Source of the DNA: Armatimonadota bacterium
Lineage (GTDB): Bacteria > Armatimonadota > Fimbriimonadia > Fimbriimonadales > GBS-DC
NCBI GenBank assembly: GCA_037444405.1
Contig: JBBIML010000006.1
Span: 160,001 to 224,000, forward strand
Direction: 5' to 3'
DNA length: 64,000 nt
Below, in pieces: positions 43,640 through 55,000 of this stretch; position 1 is the first letter of the stretch, and every line of letters begins with the position of its first letter. A program made the translations under genes and the position numbers. The notes under the pieces are model-generated. The model made no database searches. It had not been told where the DNA came from and was given only the letters and a program-made list of their open reading frames with translations.

Positions 43640-46327
43640 ATGAAGACGACACTGCAGGAGCTGGCAACGCCTGATCCCTGGCACGCGCTCTCCGCCGAGC
43701 AGGTAGCCTATCGGCTGGAAACGGGCGCAGGTGGGCTAACCGAATCCGAAGCGCGCCGGCGCCTCCAGCGGTACGGACCCAACCGCCTGGAGGAGGCGAA
43801 GCCTGTCAATCCGCTGCTTGTCCTGCTCCATCAGTTTCAAAGCCCGCTGATTTACATTCTCGTGTTGGCGGCGGTCGTCACCTTCTGGTTAGGCGACACC
43901 ATCGACTCGATAGTGATTGCTGCGGTGCTTTTGGTGAACGCCCTGATTGGCTTTATTCAGGAGTACCGTGCCGAGCATGCAATTCGTGCCCTGACGCGCC
44001 TTGCGGTGCCGAAGGCGCGCGTGGTTCGGGATGGACATGAGCGCGAAATCGAAAGCGGGCGATTGGTGCCAGGTGATCTTGTGCTGCTGGAGACAGGCAT
44101 GCGCGTGCCTGCCGATATTCGGCTGGTCGCGGCGACCGCCCTGCAGGTGGACGAATCGCTTCTGACGGGCGAATCGGTGCCCGTGTTGAAACAGGTTGCG
44201 CCTGTGCCAGCGGCAACACCGTTAGCGGATCGGGTCAATATGGTCTATTCGGGCACGGTCATCACCGCTGGACGCGGGCGCGGCTATGTGGTCGCGACAG
44301 GCGCCTCCTCCGAGCTGGGCAAGATTGCGCACACCGTCCACCAGCAAGCGCCTCCTGAAACCCCGCTCCAGATGCGCATGCGCCAATTTGCCGGCATTAT
44401 CGCCATCGTGACGGGAATCAGCTGTGGCGTGATTCTCGCGCTGGGCATCGTGCTGGGCAATACGCCTCTGCACATGTTCAAGGTGGTGGTGGGCGTCGCG
44501 GTGGCGGCGATCCCGGAGGGGCTGCCGATTGTGATGACCATCGCGCTGGCGCTCAGCGTCCATCGGATGGCGCGCCGCAACGCGCTGGTGCGTCAGTTCG
44601 CCGCCGTCGAAACGCTCGGCAGTACGACCACCATCGGTTCCGACAAAACGGGCACCCTCACCGAAAATCGGATGACCGTTCAGGAATACTGGGTTGCCGA
44701 AGAGGTGTTCCGCATCGAGGAGCTGGAAAAGCAGGGACTGCCCGAATCGGACGAGCATCCCTTTATCCTGGCTCTGCTGACAGGCATTCTGACCAACGAG
44801 GCGGAGGTGGAAGAAAGCGAGGCGGGCTACGAGATTCATGGCGACCCGACGGAAGCAGCGTTGCTGATTGCCGCTCTGCGAATCGGCGTCGCCCATCGGG
44901 TGGTGCGTGAGCGACATCCCGTGGTGGGCGAAATCCCGTTCGAGCCAGAGCTGCAGTATTCGGCAAGCGTGCGCGAGCACGGCGGTGAACAGTGGGTTTT
45001 TGTTAAAGGCGCCCCGGAGCGGCTCTTCCGGATGGCGACCCACTGGCTAACACGCGACGGCGAGCGCGCTCTGGACGAAACGGCTCGCCAGCGGATTCAG
45101 GAGCAGGCACGCCAGATGGCAGGGCGCGGACTGCGCGTGCTGGGGCTTGCTTACCGACGCCTGCCAGAGCCGTTAGAACCGACTGAGCGCGTGTCCGAAC
45201 CCACCGCACTGGTCTTCATCGGGCTGGTCGGCATGATGGATCCGCCCCGGCCGGGCGTCAAAGAGGCGATCGACGACTGCCATCGGGCAGGTATTCGCGT
45301 GCTGATGATCACGGGCGACCACGCGGAGACAGCGCGCGCTATCGGACGCGAGCTCGACCTCACGGCTGATGACGCACCCGTGCTGACTGGCGCCGACCTC
45401 GATCAGATGGACGAGACGACCCTGCGTGAACAGGTGAAGCGAGTCGCCATCTTTGCGCGGGTTAGCCCCGAGCACAAGCTGCGCATCGTGCATGCTCTGC
45501 GGGCGAACGGCGAGGTGGTCGCGATGACGGGCGACGGCGTGAACGACGCCCCTGCCCTCAAAGCCGCCGATGTGGGCATCGCGATGGGCAAAAGCGGCAC
45601 TGATGTCGCCCGTGAAGCCGCCGACATCGTGCTGACCGATGATAACTTCATATCGATTCGGAACGCTGTTGAGGAGGGGCGCATCGCGTTCAGCAACCTG
45701 CGCAACGCGACCTTCTTCCTGCTGTCGACGGGCGCGGCTTCCGTGCTGATCTTTTTCCTGACCCTGCTGACAGGACTGCCGATCCCCCTTCTGCCAGCTC
45801 AACTGCTATGGCTCAACCTTGTGACGAACGGGCTTCAGGATGTGGCGCTCGCTTTTGAGTCGGGGGAGCGAGGCGTGATGACGCGCCCGCCACGCCCTCG
45901 AAACGAGGGTATCATCTCGCCCCTACTATGGGAGCGCACCGTGATTGTCGGCATCCTGATTGCGGGAGCCACCTATGCCCTGTTCCGATGGGAACTGGAA
46001 AATGGCGGCTCACTCAGCCAGGCGCAGACCGTTGCCCTCACGACGCTGGTGCTGTTCCAGAACTTCCATGTGGGCAACTGCCGCTCCGAATATCGCTCCG
46101 CACTTTTCCTGAGTCCCCTGCGCAATCCGTTCCTGTTGCTGGCGGCGCTCAGCGCACTGAGTGCGCATACCGCGGCGCTCTATCTGCCGTGGACGCAGTT
46201 CATTCTGCGGGTGGAGCCAATCGGGCTGGAAGAGTGGACGCGAATGGTGCTGGTCGCGCTCAGCGTGGTGGTCGTGGTCGAACTTCACAAATGGCTCCGC
46301 CATCCCCTGCGAGCAAGAACAGGATAG
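43640..46327 (+). CDS. Cation-translocating P-type ATPase (type IIA, Ca2+-like)
   Basis: 'LTGES', 'IPEGLP', 'DKTGTLT', 'KGAPE', 'TGDGVNDAPALK'. Confidence 0.96.
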   Translation: MKTTLQELATPDPWHALSAEQVAYRLETGAGGLTESEARRRLQRYGPNRLEEAKPVNPLLVLLHQFQSPLIYILVLAAVVTFWLGDTIDSIVIAAVLLVNALIGFIQEYRAEHAIRALTRLAVPKARVVRDGHEREIESGRLVPGDLVLLETGMRVPADIRLVAATALQVDESLLTGESVPVLKQVAPVPAATPLADRVNMVYSGTVITAGRGRGYVVATGASSELGKIAHTVHQQAPPETPLQMRMRQFAGIIAIVTGISCGVILALGIVLGNTPLHMFKVVVGVAVAAIPEGLPIVMTIALALSVHRMARRNALVRQFAAVETLGSTTTIGSDKTGTLTENRMTVQEYWVAEEVFRIEELEKQGLPESDEHPFILALLTGILTNEAEVEESEAGYEIHGDPTEAALLIAALRIGVAHRVVRERHPVVGEIPFEPELQYSASVREHGGEQWVFVKGAPERLFRMATHWLTRDGERALDETARQRIQEQARQMAGRGLRVLGLAYRRLPEPLEPTERVSEPTALVFIGLVGMMDPPRPGVKEAIDDCHRAGIRVLMITGDHAETARAIGRELDLTADDAPVLTGADLDQMDETTLREQVKRVAIFARVSPEHKLRIVHALRANGEVVAMTGDGVNDAPALKAADVGIAMGKSGTDVAREAADIVLTDDNFISIRNAVEEGRIAFSNLRNATFFLLSTGAASVLIFFLTLLTGLPIPLLPAQLLWLNLVTNGLQDVALAFESGERGVMTRPPRPRNEGIISPLLWERTVIVGILIAGATYALFRWELENGGSLSQAQTVALTTLVLFQNFHVGNCRSEYRSALFLSPLRNPFLLLAALSALSAHTAALYLPWTQFILRVEPIGLEEWTRMVLVALSVVVVVELHKWLRHPLRARTG

Positions 46328-46366
46328 CCTATCCACGCGCGACTTTGTGAAAAAAGGCACAACCCC

Positions 46367-46396
46367 TTGACGCGCCCGTCATGGGATGGGTATAAT
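46367..46396 (+). promoter_or_regulatory. Sigma-70 promoter of the atp operon
   Basis: TTGACG-N18-TATAAT, followed by RBS AAGGAGG and GTG 46428. Confidence 0.75.
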
Positions 46397-46427
46397 AGGG
46401 GGCGCGAAGGAGGCGAATAGGCAGACA

Positions 46428-47144
46428 GTGCAGGAACATCATATTGCGCCTGTGGTTTTCACGGTGTTCGCCGGCATCGCGGCAGCGGTGCTGGTCGTTT
46501 TTGCGCTTCTATCCACCCGCAATATGCAGAAGCGACCGGGCAAACTGCAGAATCTGGCGGAACTCATCTACGAAGGTTTTGAAGGGCTGGTGGTCAGCAC
46601 GGCGGGCGAGCACGGGCGCAAATATGTGCCGCTGGTCGGCACGCTCTTCCTGTATATTCTCATTTGCAATCTGTTCGGGCTGTTGCCGGCGCCGTTCGTT
46701 GCGCCCACCGCCAGCCTGAACACCACGATTGCGCTGGCGCTGCTGGTGTTCCTGTATGTGCAGTTTGAAGGCATTCGCACGAACGGCATCGGGGGCTATC
46801 TGGGGCATTTTGCAGGGATTGGCAAGGTGCCCCTTTTTATCGCGCCGCTGCTGTTCGTGGTGGAGCTGATGGGCGAGCTGGCGAAGCCCTTCTCGCTCGC
46901 CATCCGATTATATGGCAACATGTTCGGCAAGGAGCAGGTGGTGCTGGCACTGATTGGCTTCTTCGCCATCCCGCTGTTCAAATCGTACTACATTCCGCTA
47001 CCCGTGCAGTTCCCGATTTTGCTGTTAGGTCTGCTGGTGGCGTTTGTGCAGGCGTTCGTGTTTGCGCTGCTGACCACCATCTATCTGGGTCTGATGACCG
47101 AGCATGTGAGCGAGCATGCTCATGCGGAGGCGGTGGCGCACTGA
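46428..47144 (+). CDS. atpB: F0F1 ATP synthase subunit a
   Basis: 'PG..QN..E', 'LF.YIL..N..GL.P', 'PTA..N.T..LA', 'SLAIRLYGNM', 'QAFVF..L'. Confidence 0.95.
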   Translation: MQEHHIAPVVFTVFAGIAAAVLVVFALLSTRNMQKRPGKLQNLAELIYEGFEGLVVSTAGEHGRKYVPLVGTLFLYILICNLFGLLPAPFVAPTASLNTTIALALLVFLYVQFEGIRTNGIGGYLGHFAGIGKVPLFIAPLLFVVELMGELAKPFSLAIRLYGNMFGKEQVVLALIGFFAIPLFKSYYIPLPVQFPILLLGLLVAFVQAFVFALLTTIYLGLMTEHVSEHAHAEAVAH

Positions 47145-47215
47145 GATTTCTCCATGCCTCGCGTGGAGAGTGAACGCAGCGGATGCGAACCTAAAAAACA
47201 AGGAGGAGATGAACG

Positions 47216-47500
47216 ATGGAAACAGGTGTCGGTCTTTATCTGATGGGGCTGGCTCTGGCGGCTGGGCTGGGGCTGCCCATCGGCGTGATTGGCGCCGGTA
47301 TCGGTCAGGGCATCGCGGCATCGGGCGCGTTGCGTGGCATGGCGCGTCAACCCGAGCTGGCGGGGCGAATCCAGACAGGCATGATTATCGCCCTCGCCTT
47401 CATCGAGTCACTGGTGCTGTACGCCCTGCTGATGTTCTTCCTGCTGCAGGGCAAGCTACCCGCCGTCGATGTGCTGGTGGACACCCTGCGCAAACCCTGA
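47216..47500 (+). CDS. atpE: F0F1 ATP synthase subunit c
   Basis: 'GAGIGQG', 'ARQPE', 'AFIES'. Confidence 0.97.
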   Translation: METGVGLYLMGLALAAGLGLPIGVIGAGIGQGIAASGALRGMARQPELAGRIQTGMIIALAFIESLVLYALLMFFLLQGKLPAVDVLVDTLRKP

Positions 47501-47556
47501 TGCAATCCATGCCGGGGTGAGGCGCTTCCCCGCCTCGCCCCTCACGAGGAACAGCT

Positions 47557-48105
47557 ATGTGGACGACGCTCACGAACCTGATGGCTGCCGAGACACACGG
47601 CGGTGGCGGCATCCTGGAGCAGCTCGGAATCGATTTCAATCTCATCATTATTCAGGCGGTCGGGTTCCTGCTGCTGCTGTGGCTGCTGACGCGCTTCTTC
47701 TGGAAGCCAATTGAGCAGATGCTGGAGGCGCGTCGGCAGGACATCAACGCCACCTACGACAAGATCGAAGCTGACCGCCGCGCGATGGAGCAGCTGCGGG
47801 CGGAATATGAGCAGCGACTGGCGCAGATCGAAGCCGAAGCCCGCGAACGAATCCAGCAGGCGGTTGGTGAAGCCCAGCAGCTGCGCGACCAGATTCTGCA
47901 GGACGCCCGCCGTCAGGCGCAGGAGATTATCGCCCGTGCGCAGGAGCAAGCGAGCCTCGAACGCGAGAAACTGCTCACCGAGCTGCAGACCCATGTCGCC
48001 GACCTGACGCTCGCCGTCGCGGAGCGCATTCTGGGCGAAAGCCTCGACGACGAGCGCCATCGCCGACTGATCAACGAGTTCATCCAGACGGTGGAGGTGC
48101 GCTGA
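47557..48105 (+). CDS. atpF: F0F1 ATP synthase subunit b
   Basis: Single TM 'IIQAVGFLLLLWLL..FFWKPI...LE.R', coiled coil, operon position. Confidence 0.93.
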   Translation: MWTTLTNLMAAETHGGGGILEQLGIDFNLIIIQAVGFLLLLWLLTRFFWKPIEQMLEARRQDINATYDKIEADRRAMEQLRAEYEQRLAQIEAEARERIQQAVGEAQQLRDQILQDARRQAQEIIARAQEQASLEREKLLTELQTHVADLTLAVAERILGESLDDERHRRLINEFIQTVEVR

Positions 48106-48675
48106 ATGCGAGCCGACTGGCGTGTGGCACGACGCTACGCGGGCGCGCTGTTCAAAGCCGCGCTGAACGCGAACACGCTTCAGCGCGTGGGCGAGGACCT
48201 GGAGCGCCTGCGCACCCTCCTGCAGGCGAGCGAGGCGCTGCAGGCGTTCCTCTATAGCCCGCAAATCCCCCGTGACCGCAAAAAGCAGCGCCTGAACGAA
48301 CTGCTGTCCCGCGACCTGCAACCGCTGACCATGAACCTGCTCGCGCTGGTCATCGAAAAGCGGCGCGAGAAGCAACTGAACGCCATCATAGAGGAGTTCC
48401 AGCGGCTGCGCGAGGCGCACGAGGGCATCGCCCGCGCCACCATCACCTCCGCCATCCCCCTCAGCCACAGCCAGCAACAGGCGCTCCTGCAACGACTGGA
48501 GAACAGCACGGGCAAGCGAATCATCCCCACTTTTGAAGTTGACCCCAGCCAGATTGGCGGGGTTCGAGTGCAGATTGGCGATTATCAGATTGACGGCACG
48601 ATTCGGGGCGCGCTCGAACGGCTGCACGACCATGTGCGCCTCGAAATCGCTCGCCGCAGCCGAATCACCGGATGA
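48106..48675 (+). CDS. atpH: F0F1 ATP synthase subunit delta
   Basis: 'VARRYA.ALF', 'TSA.PL', 'VDPS.IGG..V.IGD..IDG'. Confidence 0.95.
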   Translation: MRADWRVARRYAGALFKAALNANTLQRVGEDLERLRTLLQASEALQAFLYSPQIPRDRKKQRLNELLSRDLQPLTMNLLALVIEKRREKQLNAIIEEFQRLREAHEGIARATITSAIPLSHSQQQALLQRLENSTGKRIIPTFEVDPSQIGGVRVQIGDYQIDGTIRGALERLHDHVRLEIARRSRITG

Positions 48676-48684
48676 GGTGCAACC

Positions 48685-50223
48685 ATGGCAATCCGACCTG
48701 AAGAAATAACGAGCATTCTGGCAAAAGAGATCGAATCGCTGGATCAGAAGCCTGTCGCGGAGAGCGTCGGCACGGTGCTGCAGGTGGGCGACGGCATCGC
48801 CCGCGTGTACGGGCTGCCCGACGCCCAGATGGGCGAGCTGCTGGAGTTCCCGCACGAGGTGATGGGGCTGGTGCTGAACCTTGAAGAGGACAGCATCGGC
48901 TGCATCATTCTCGGCTCGGACGAGGAACTCAAAGAGGGCGACCCGGTGCGCCGCACAGGGCGCATCGCGGAGGTGCCCGTCGGCAAAGCGCTGCTGGGGC
49001 GCGTGGTCGACGCGCTCGGACGACCGCTCGACGGCAAGGGACCCATCGTCGCCGAAGAGTATCGCCGCGTGGAAGTGATTGCGCCCGGCGTGGTCAAGCG
49101 CCAGCCCGTCAAGGAGCCGCTGCAAACGGGCATCAAAGCCATCGACTCCATGATTCCCATCGGGCGCGGTCAGCGCGAGCTGATTATCGGCGACCGCTCC
49201 ACCGGCAAAACTGCCATCGTGCTGGACACCATCATCAATCAGAAATATACGCACGAGACCGATTCGCCCGTCTACTGCATCTATGTGGCGATTGGTCAGA
49301 AGATGGCGGCGATTGCCCGCTTCATCGACACGCTGGAGCGGTACGGCGCGATGGAGTACACCACGGTCGTGGTAGCGTCCGCCAGCGACCCGAACAGTCT
49401 GCAGTACCTGGCGCCCTACGCGGGCTGCGCGATGGGCGAATACTTCCGCGATAACGGCATGCACGCGCTGGTGGTGTACGACGACCTGTCCAAGCATGCG
49501 CAGGCGTATCGCGCGGTTTCGCTGCTGCTGCGCCGTCCGCCAGGGCGCGAGGCATATCCGGGCGATGTGTTCTATCTGCACTCGCGCCTGCTGGAGCGCG
49601 CGGCGAAGCTCTCGGACGAGCTCGGCGGCGGCTCGCTGACCGCACTGCCCATCATCGAGACGCAGGCGGGCGATGTGTCCGCCTATATCCCGACCAATGT
49701 CATCTCCATCACCGATGGGCAGATCTATCTGGAGCCGAGCCTGTTCTACGCGGGTATTCGCCCCGCGATCAATGTGGGCATCTCGGTCAGCCGTGTGGGG
49801 GGCGACGCCCAGATTCGCGCGATGAAGCAGGTGGCGGGACGCCTGCGACTGGACATGGCGCAGTTCCGCGAGGTGCAGGCGTTCGCCCAGTTCGCCTCCG
49901 ACCTCGACCGCGCCACCCAGATGCAGCTCGCGCGCGGATTGCGCCTGCAGGAGATTCTCAAACAGCCCCAGTTCCAGCCGATGCCCGTCGAGGAGCAGGT
50001 GATGATTATCTTCGCGGGCACGCAGGGCTACCTCGACGACATCCCGGTGGAGCTGGTGCGCGCGTTTGAGGACGGCTTCCATCCCTTCATGCGCGAAAAG
50101 TATCCCGACATCGGCGAAAAGATTCGGCGCGAGAAGCAGTTAGACGCCGATACGGAAGCCGACCTGCGCCGCGCGATTGAGGAATATAAGGCGCTCTTCA
50201 AGCAGGAGCAGGGGCTGACATGA
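48685..50223 (+). CDS. atpA: F0F1 ATP synthase subunit alpha
   Basis: '[11 protein letters not shown]', '[16 protein letters not shown]', '[21 protein letters not shown]'. Confidence 0.99.
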   Translation: MAIRPEEITSILAKEIESLDQKPVAESVGTVLQVGDGIARVYGLPDAQMGELLEFPHEVMGLVLNLEEDSIGCIILGSDEELKEGDPVRRTGRIAEVPVGKALLGRVVDALGRPLDGKGPIVAEEYRRVEVIAPGVVKRQPVKEPLQTGIKAIDSMIPIGRGQRELIIGDRSTGKTAIVLDTIINQKYTHETDSPVYCIYVAIGQKMAAIARFIDTLERYGAMEYTTVVVASASDPNSLQYLAPYAGCAMGEYFRDNGMHALVVYDDLSKHAQAYRAVSLLLRRPPGREAYPGDVFYLHSRLLERAAKLSDELGGGSLTALPIIETQAGDVSAYIPTNVISITDGQIYLEPSLFYAGIRPAINVGISVSRVGGDAQIRAMKQVAGRLRLDMAQFREVQAFAQFASDLDRATQMQLARGLRLQEILKQPQFQPMPVEEQVMIIFAGTQGYLDDIPVELVRAFEDGFHPFMREKYPDIGEKIRREKQLDADTEADLRRAIEEYKALFKQEQGLT

Positions 50224-51083
50224 GAACGCTGCGAGCGATGCGGTCGCGCATTCGCGCCGCGAAGAACATTCAGCAGATCACGCGGGCGATGAAGCTGGTC
50301 TCCGCGGCTCGCCTGCGTCGGGCGCAGGATCGCGTGCTGGCAGCCCGACCCTACGCCCAGCGCATGCACGAGATTATGCAGGAGCTGGGTCGCGCGGGCG
50401 ACCTGCCTGAACACCCGCTGCTGCAGCGCCGACCTGTCCAGCATGTCGGCTTCGTGCTGATCACCTCCGACAGGGGTCTGTGCGGCGCGTACAATATGAA
50501 CCTGATTCGTGCCCTGCAGAACGCCATTCGCGATCAGGGGCTTCAGCAGGAGCAGGTGCGCCTGATCTGCGTCGGGCGACGCGGCTACCAGTTCTTTGCT
50601 AAGCGCGGATTCACCGTCGAACTCTATCGCTCGATGCCAACAGGCGGTGCCGGGCTGGAAGACGCGCGCGCCGTCACCAGCGCCATCACCGAGCTGTTTG
50701 TTGGCGGGCGCGTCGACAGGGTCTATCTGGTCTACGCACGGTTCATCAACCCCGTGACTCAGCGTCCGGTGGTTCAGCCAGTTCTGCCGATTGAGCCGCC
50801 CGCTGGCGAGGAGAGCAGCCCGCGCGAGTTCATCTTCGAGCCGCCTGCTGACGAGCTGCTGGAACGGCTGCTGCCCCGCTACCTGCTGACGCAGGTGCTG
50901 CAGGCGTTGCTGGAAGCCAGCGCGAGCGAGCATGGCGCCCGCATGACCGCCATGTCGATGGCGAGCGATAACGCGGGCAAGATGATTCAGGAGCTGACGC
51001 TGGTGATGAACCGCCTGCGCCAGGCGGCGATTACCAAAGAGATTGCTGAGGTGGTGAGCGGCGCAGAGGCGCTCAAGGGCTGA
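50220..51083 (+). CDS. atpG: F0F1 ATP synthase subunit gamma
   Basis: '[14 protein letters not shown]', 'SDRGLCG.YN', 'SEHGARM.AM..A.DNA', '[10 protein letters not shown]'. Confidence 0.98.
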   Translation: MRTLRAMRSRIRAAKNIQQITRAMKLVSAARLRRAQDRVLAARPYAQRMHEIMQELGRAGDLPEHPLLQRRPVQHVGFVLITSDRGLCGAYNMNLIRALQNAIRDQGLQQEQVRLICVGRRGYQFFAKRGFTVELYRSMPTGGAGLEDARAVTSAITELFVGGRVDRVYLVYARFINPVTQRPVVQPVLPIEPPAGEESSPREFIFEPPADELLERLLPRYLLTQVLQALLEASASEHGARMTAMSMASDNAGKMIQELTLVMNRLRQAAITKEIAEVVSGAEALKG

Positions 51084-51901
51084 TGAGCGAGCTGACAGGA
51101 CGGGTGGCGATTATCACGGGCGCCAGTCGGGGCATCGGGCGGGCAATCGCGCTCCGACTGGCGCGGGAAGGTGTGCGCGTGGTCATCGCCGCCAAAACCG
51201 CTGAACCTGACCCGCGCCTGCCCGGCACTATCTACACCGTCGCCGATGAGGTGCAGGCGCTCGGCGGCGAGGCGTTCCCCATCCGCGTCGATGTGCGCGA
51301 CGAGAACGCCATCCAGCAGATGGTCGACGCCACCCTCCAGCGCTGGGGGCGTATCGACATTCTGGTGAACAACGCGGGCGCGCTCTGGTGGAAGCCTCTG
51401 CTGGAGACGCCAGCGAAGCGGTTTGACCTGGTGATGGGTGTGAATGTGCGCGCCGCGTTCCTCTGCTCTCAAGCCGTTCTGCCCGCAATGATGAACCAGC
51501 GGTGGGGTCATATTGTCAACATGTCGCCGCCGATAGAGCCGTCAGTGGTGGCGGGGCGTATCGCCTACATGCTTTCCAAGTTCGGCATGACCCTGCTCAC
51601 TTACGGGCTGGCGGAGGAGGTGCGCGAATACAATATTGCCGTCAACTCGCTCTGGCCCCGCACGCTGATTGAGAGCCAGGCAACCATCGCCTTTCAGCTG
51701 GGCGAGCCGCGCTACTGGCGCAAAGCCGACATCATGGCGGACGCGCTCTGCGAGCTGGTTCGGCGCGAGCCGTCCACCTGCACGGGACAGGTGTGGTTCG
51801 ACGAGGACATCCTGCGCGAGGCAGGCGTCACCGACTTCTCCATCTACAACTGCATACCCGACGGCGAACCACTGCCCATCAATTGGGGCTTACTGGGCTG
51901 A
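51083..51901 (+). CDS. Short-chain dehydrogenase/reductase (HSDL2/citronellol dehydrogenase-like)
   Basis: 'ITGASRGIG', 'AAKT..P.P.LPGTIY', 'LVNNAG', 'Y..SK.GM', 'NSLWP.T.I'. Confidence 0.92.
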   Translation: MSELTGRVAIITGASRGIGRAIALRLAREGVRVVIAAKTAEPDPRLPGTIYTVADEVQALGGEAFPIRVDVRDENAIQQMVDATLQRWGRIDILVNNAGALWWKPLLETPAKRFDLVMGVNVRAAFLCSQAVLPAMMNQRWGHIVNMSPPIEPSVVAGRIAYMLSKFGMTLLTYGLAEEVREYNIAVNSLWPRTLIESQATIAFQLGEPRYWRKADIMADALCELVRREPSTCTGQVWFDEDILREAGVTDFSIYNCIPDGEPLPINWGLLG

Positions 51902-52033
51902 AACTTCCCCTTTAGGGGCATGGGAGAGGAGGCATTTTCGATTTTTCAGTTCCTCTTCTTGAATGCCTTCGGGCTGTTCAACCAGTTCGATGCGCCCATT
52001 GCGATAGTAGCCGCGCACAGTGGTTAGCGCCAT
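51890..52033 (-). pseudogene. Possible truncated DUF104/AF2212-like antitoxin remnant
   Basis: 47-codon ORF below the track cutoff: MALTTVRGYYRNGRIELVEQPEGIQEEE..., with TATACT upstream; N-terminus resembles 'T..G.Y.NG.IEL.E.P' small antitoxins. Confidence 0.35.
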
Positions 52034-52083
52034 TTTCTCTCACCCAACGAGAGTATACCCTCTGATGGGTATACTTCATCTTG

Positions 52084-55000
52084 ATGGTGGCGGAGGCGGT
52101 GGCGCACTATCTGGAGCGTCTGCAGGCGATTCAGGGGCAGGCGCAGGCGACGGGTGAGCTGTCCTATCATCACGCCCTGCATGAACTGCTCATCACACTC
52201 GCCCAGCCGCAGGGCGCCACCCTCCTGCATGAGCCACGCAAAACAGTCGTGGGCAGACCCGACTTCATTCTGCTCCGCAACGGGATGCCCATCGGCTATC
52301 TGGAGGCGGAGGCGTTCGGCGCCGACCTGGACGCCCTGCAGGGGCACGCGCACCAGCAAACCCGCGCGTTTATCCAGAATTTAGACAACTTTGTGCTGAC
52401 CAACTTTCTGGAGTTTCGGCTCTATCGGGACGGCGAGCTGCAGGCGCGAGCAATGCTTCCCGCCCCGCCCGCGCGCGAGACGGTGCGCCTGTTCCCCGAC
52501 GCGGTGCAGGCTCTGAAAAGCCTGCTGGAGGCTTTTCTGCAGGGCGAGCCACCCGCGATTGCCGACCCCCAGACGCTGGCGCACTATCTGGCGCGGCGCA
52601 CCCGCCAGCTCACCGCCGCGCTCGAAACCCTGCTCGCGCAGAAAGCGGAGACCGACCTGCATAGCCTCTACCGCGCCTTTGAGCGCACGCTCTTGCCCGA
52701 CCTGAAGCCCGAAGAGTTCGCCGACCTCTACGCACAGACGGTTGCCTACGGGCTGTTCGCGGCGCGATGCGCTCAGGCGGATGGCAACGCCTTCAGCCGT
52801 CAGTCCGCTGCCATGCTCATCCCGCCCACCAACCCCTTCCTGCGCCGACTGTTCCAGCTGCTTGCCGCGCATGACCTGCCGCCCACCATCGCCTGGATTG
52901 CCGACGAGATTGCCACCCTGCTCGCCCGCGCCGATATGCTCGCGATTCTGGAAAACTTCGGGCAACGCACGGGCAAAGAAGACCCCATCGTGCATTTCTA
53001 TGAGGACTTCCTTGCTATCTATGACCCCGAACAGCGCGAGATTCGGGGCGTCTACTACACGCCCGAACCTGTCGTGCAGTTCATCGTGCGAGCTGTCGAC
53101 GATGCGCTGCGCCTGTTCTTCGGCAAATCGCATGGGCTGGCTGATGACGAAACGCTGATTTTAGACCCCGCCTGCGGCACGGGCAGCTTCCTGTATGAGG
53201 TGGTTCAGCAGGTGCATCGGCGCGTGGTGGGGCGATTCGGTGGAGGCATCTGGCGCGATTACGCCCGCGAGAGGTTAATCCACCGCCTGTTCGGCTTCGA
53301 GCTGCTGATGGCGCCCTACGCGATTGCCCACCTGAAGCTGGGACTACAACTGCAACAGCTCGGTGTGCCGCTCAACAGCCAGCGGCTGGGCATTTATCTC
53401 ACCAACACGCTGGAGCAGGCGGTCAAGCAGAGCGAGCTGCTGTTCGGCGAGTTCATCACCCGCGAAGCCAACGCCGCAGTCGCCATCAAGCGCGAGAAGC
53501 CCATCCTGGTGGTGCTGGGCAACCCGCCCTACAGCGGGCACTCCGCCAATCGGAGCTACCATGAATATGAGGAGCGCGACGAGCAGGGACGAATCCGCAA
53601 GCGACGCGAACCCACATGGATTGGCAAACTGATAGAAGACTACAAGCAGATCAACGGTCAGTTGCTGGGGGAGCGGAACCCCAAATGGCTGCAGGATGAC
53701 TATGTGAAGTTTATTCGCTTCGCCGAGTGGCGCATTCAGCAGACGGGCGAGGGCATCGTCGCGCTAATTACCAACCACGCCTATCTGGACAACCCCACCT
53801 TCCGCGCGATGCGCCATCATCTCCTGCAGAGCTTCCAGCGGCTCTATATCGTGAACCTGCACGGGAACGCGCGGCGCAAGGAGCGCGCGCCCGACGGCTC
53901 GCCCGACGAAAATGTGTTCGACATCCAGCAGGGCGTCGCGATTCTGATAGCGATTCGGCGGGCGGATGCGGAGCCGGGCGTTTTTTATGTGGATGTGTGG
54001 GGGCGGCGCGCGGAGAAGTACGCCTTTTTGCAGGAGCAGACGCTGGAGCGCGCCGCGTGGACGCGCCTGGAGCCGTCCGAGCCACTCTATCTGTTCGTGC
54101 CGCAGGACACCGCGCTCAAAGCCGAATATCAGCAGGGCTGGCGCATCCCTGATATTTTCCCCGTGCATAGCGTGGGGATTGTAACGGCGCGCGATAAGCT
54201 CACCATCCACCGCACGCGCGAAGCCGTGTGGCAAACGGTGTGCGAGTTCGTGAAGTACGAGGCGGAGCAGGCGCGGTATCTCTTCAAGCTGGGCAAAGAT
54301 GCGCGCGACTGGTCAGTGGCGCGCGCTCAACAGGACCTGCGCGATGCAGGGGTTCCCAACGAAAGCGCGAAGGCGCATATCATCCCCATCCTCTATCGCC
54401 CCTTCGATGTGCGGTACACCTTCTATACGGGACGGGATTGCGGCTTTCACTGCAGACCCCGCTACAAAGTCATGAAAGAACTGCTTGCAGGTGATAATCT
54501 GGTGTTGATCACTGTGCGCCAGCAGTCGCGAATGCAGGACCCCTGGGCGAACGCATTCGTTGCTCAAACGCTTGTGGAGAGCTGTGCGCTTTCAAACTAC
54601 ACGCGCGAAATTGGCTATGTATTTCCCCTCTATATCACCCACACGAATAATCACAGGAACAACAATCATAAAAACAACAGGGATCAGAACGCGCTGGATG
54701 GGCTGGAGGGGCGCGAGCCGAACCTGAATCGGGAGTTCTGGAACGCGCTGGCGCAGCGCATCGGCGAGAAGCCCACGCCTGAGGCAATTCTGGGCTATAT
54801 CTATGCGGTTCTCAACAGCCCCACCTATCGCGCCCGCTACGCTGAGTTCCTGCGCCGCGACTTCCCGCGCGTGTCCCTGCCCCGCGATAAAGAGCAGTTC
54901 GAACAGCTTGCCCATCTGGGACAGCAGCTGATTGACCTCCACACCCTGCGCCGTCCAGGACATCACGAAGTGAGCTGCCGATACCCTGTGGAAGGCGATA

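Noticed and set aside
46386..46427. ATG 46386 as the atpB start
   Set aside because: It lies upstream of the TATAAT box; GTG 46428 follows an AAGGAGG RBS.
47216..47500. Na+-coupled ATP synthase (Q...ES...Y in subunit c)
   Set aside because: The signature is incomplete: ESL rather than EST, and no Pro before GxGQ. Ion specificity cannot be called, and H+ is at least as likely.
47542..50082. 846-aa ORF antisense to atpF-H-A (similar long antisense ORFs at 19501-20976 and 24013-25272)
   Set aside because: Shadow frames of conserved genes in high-GC DNA; no recognisable motifs.
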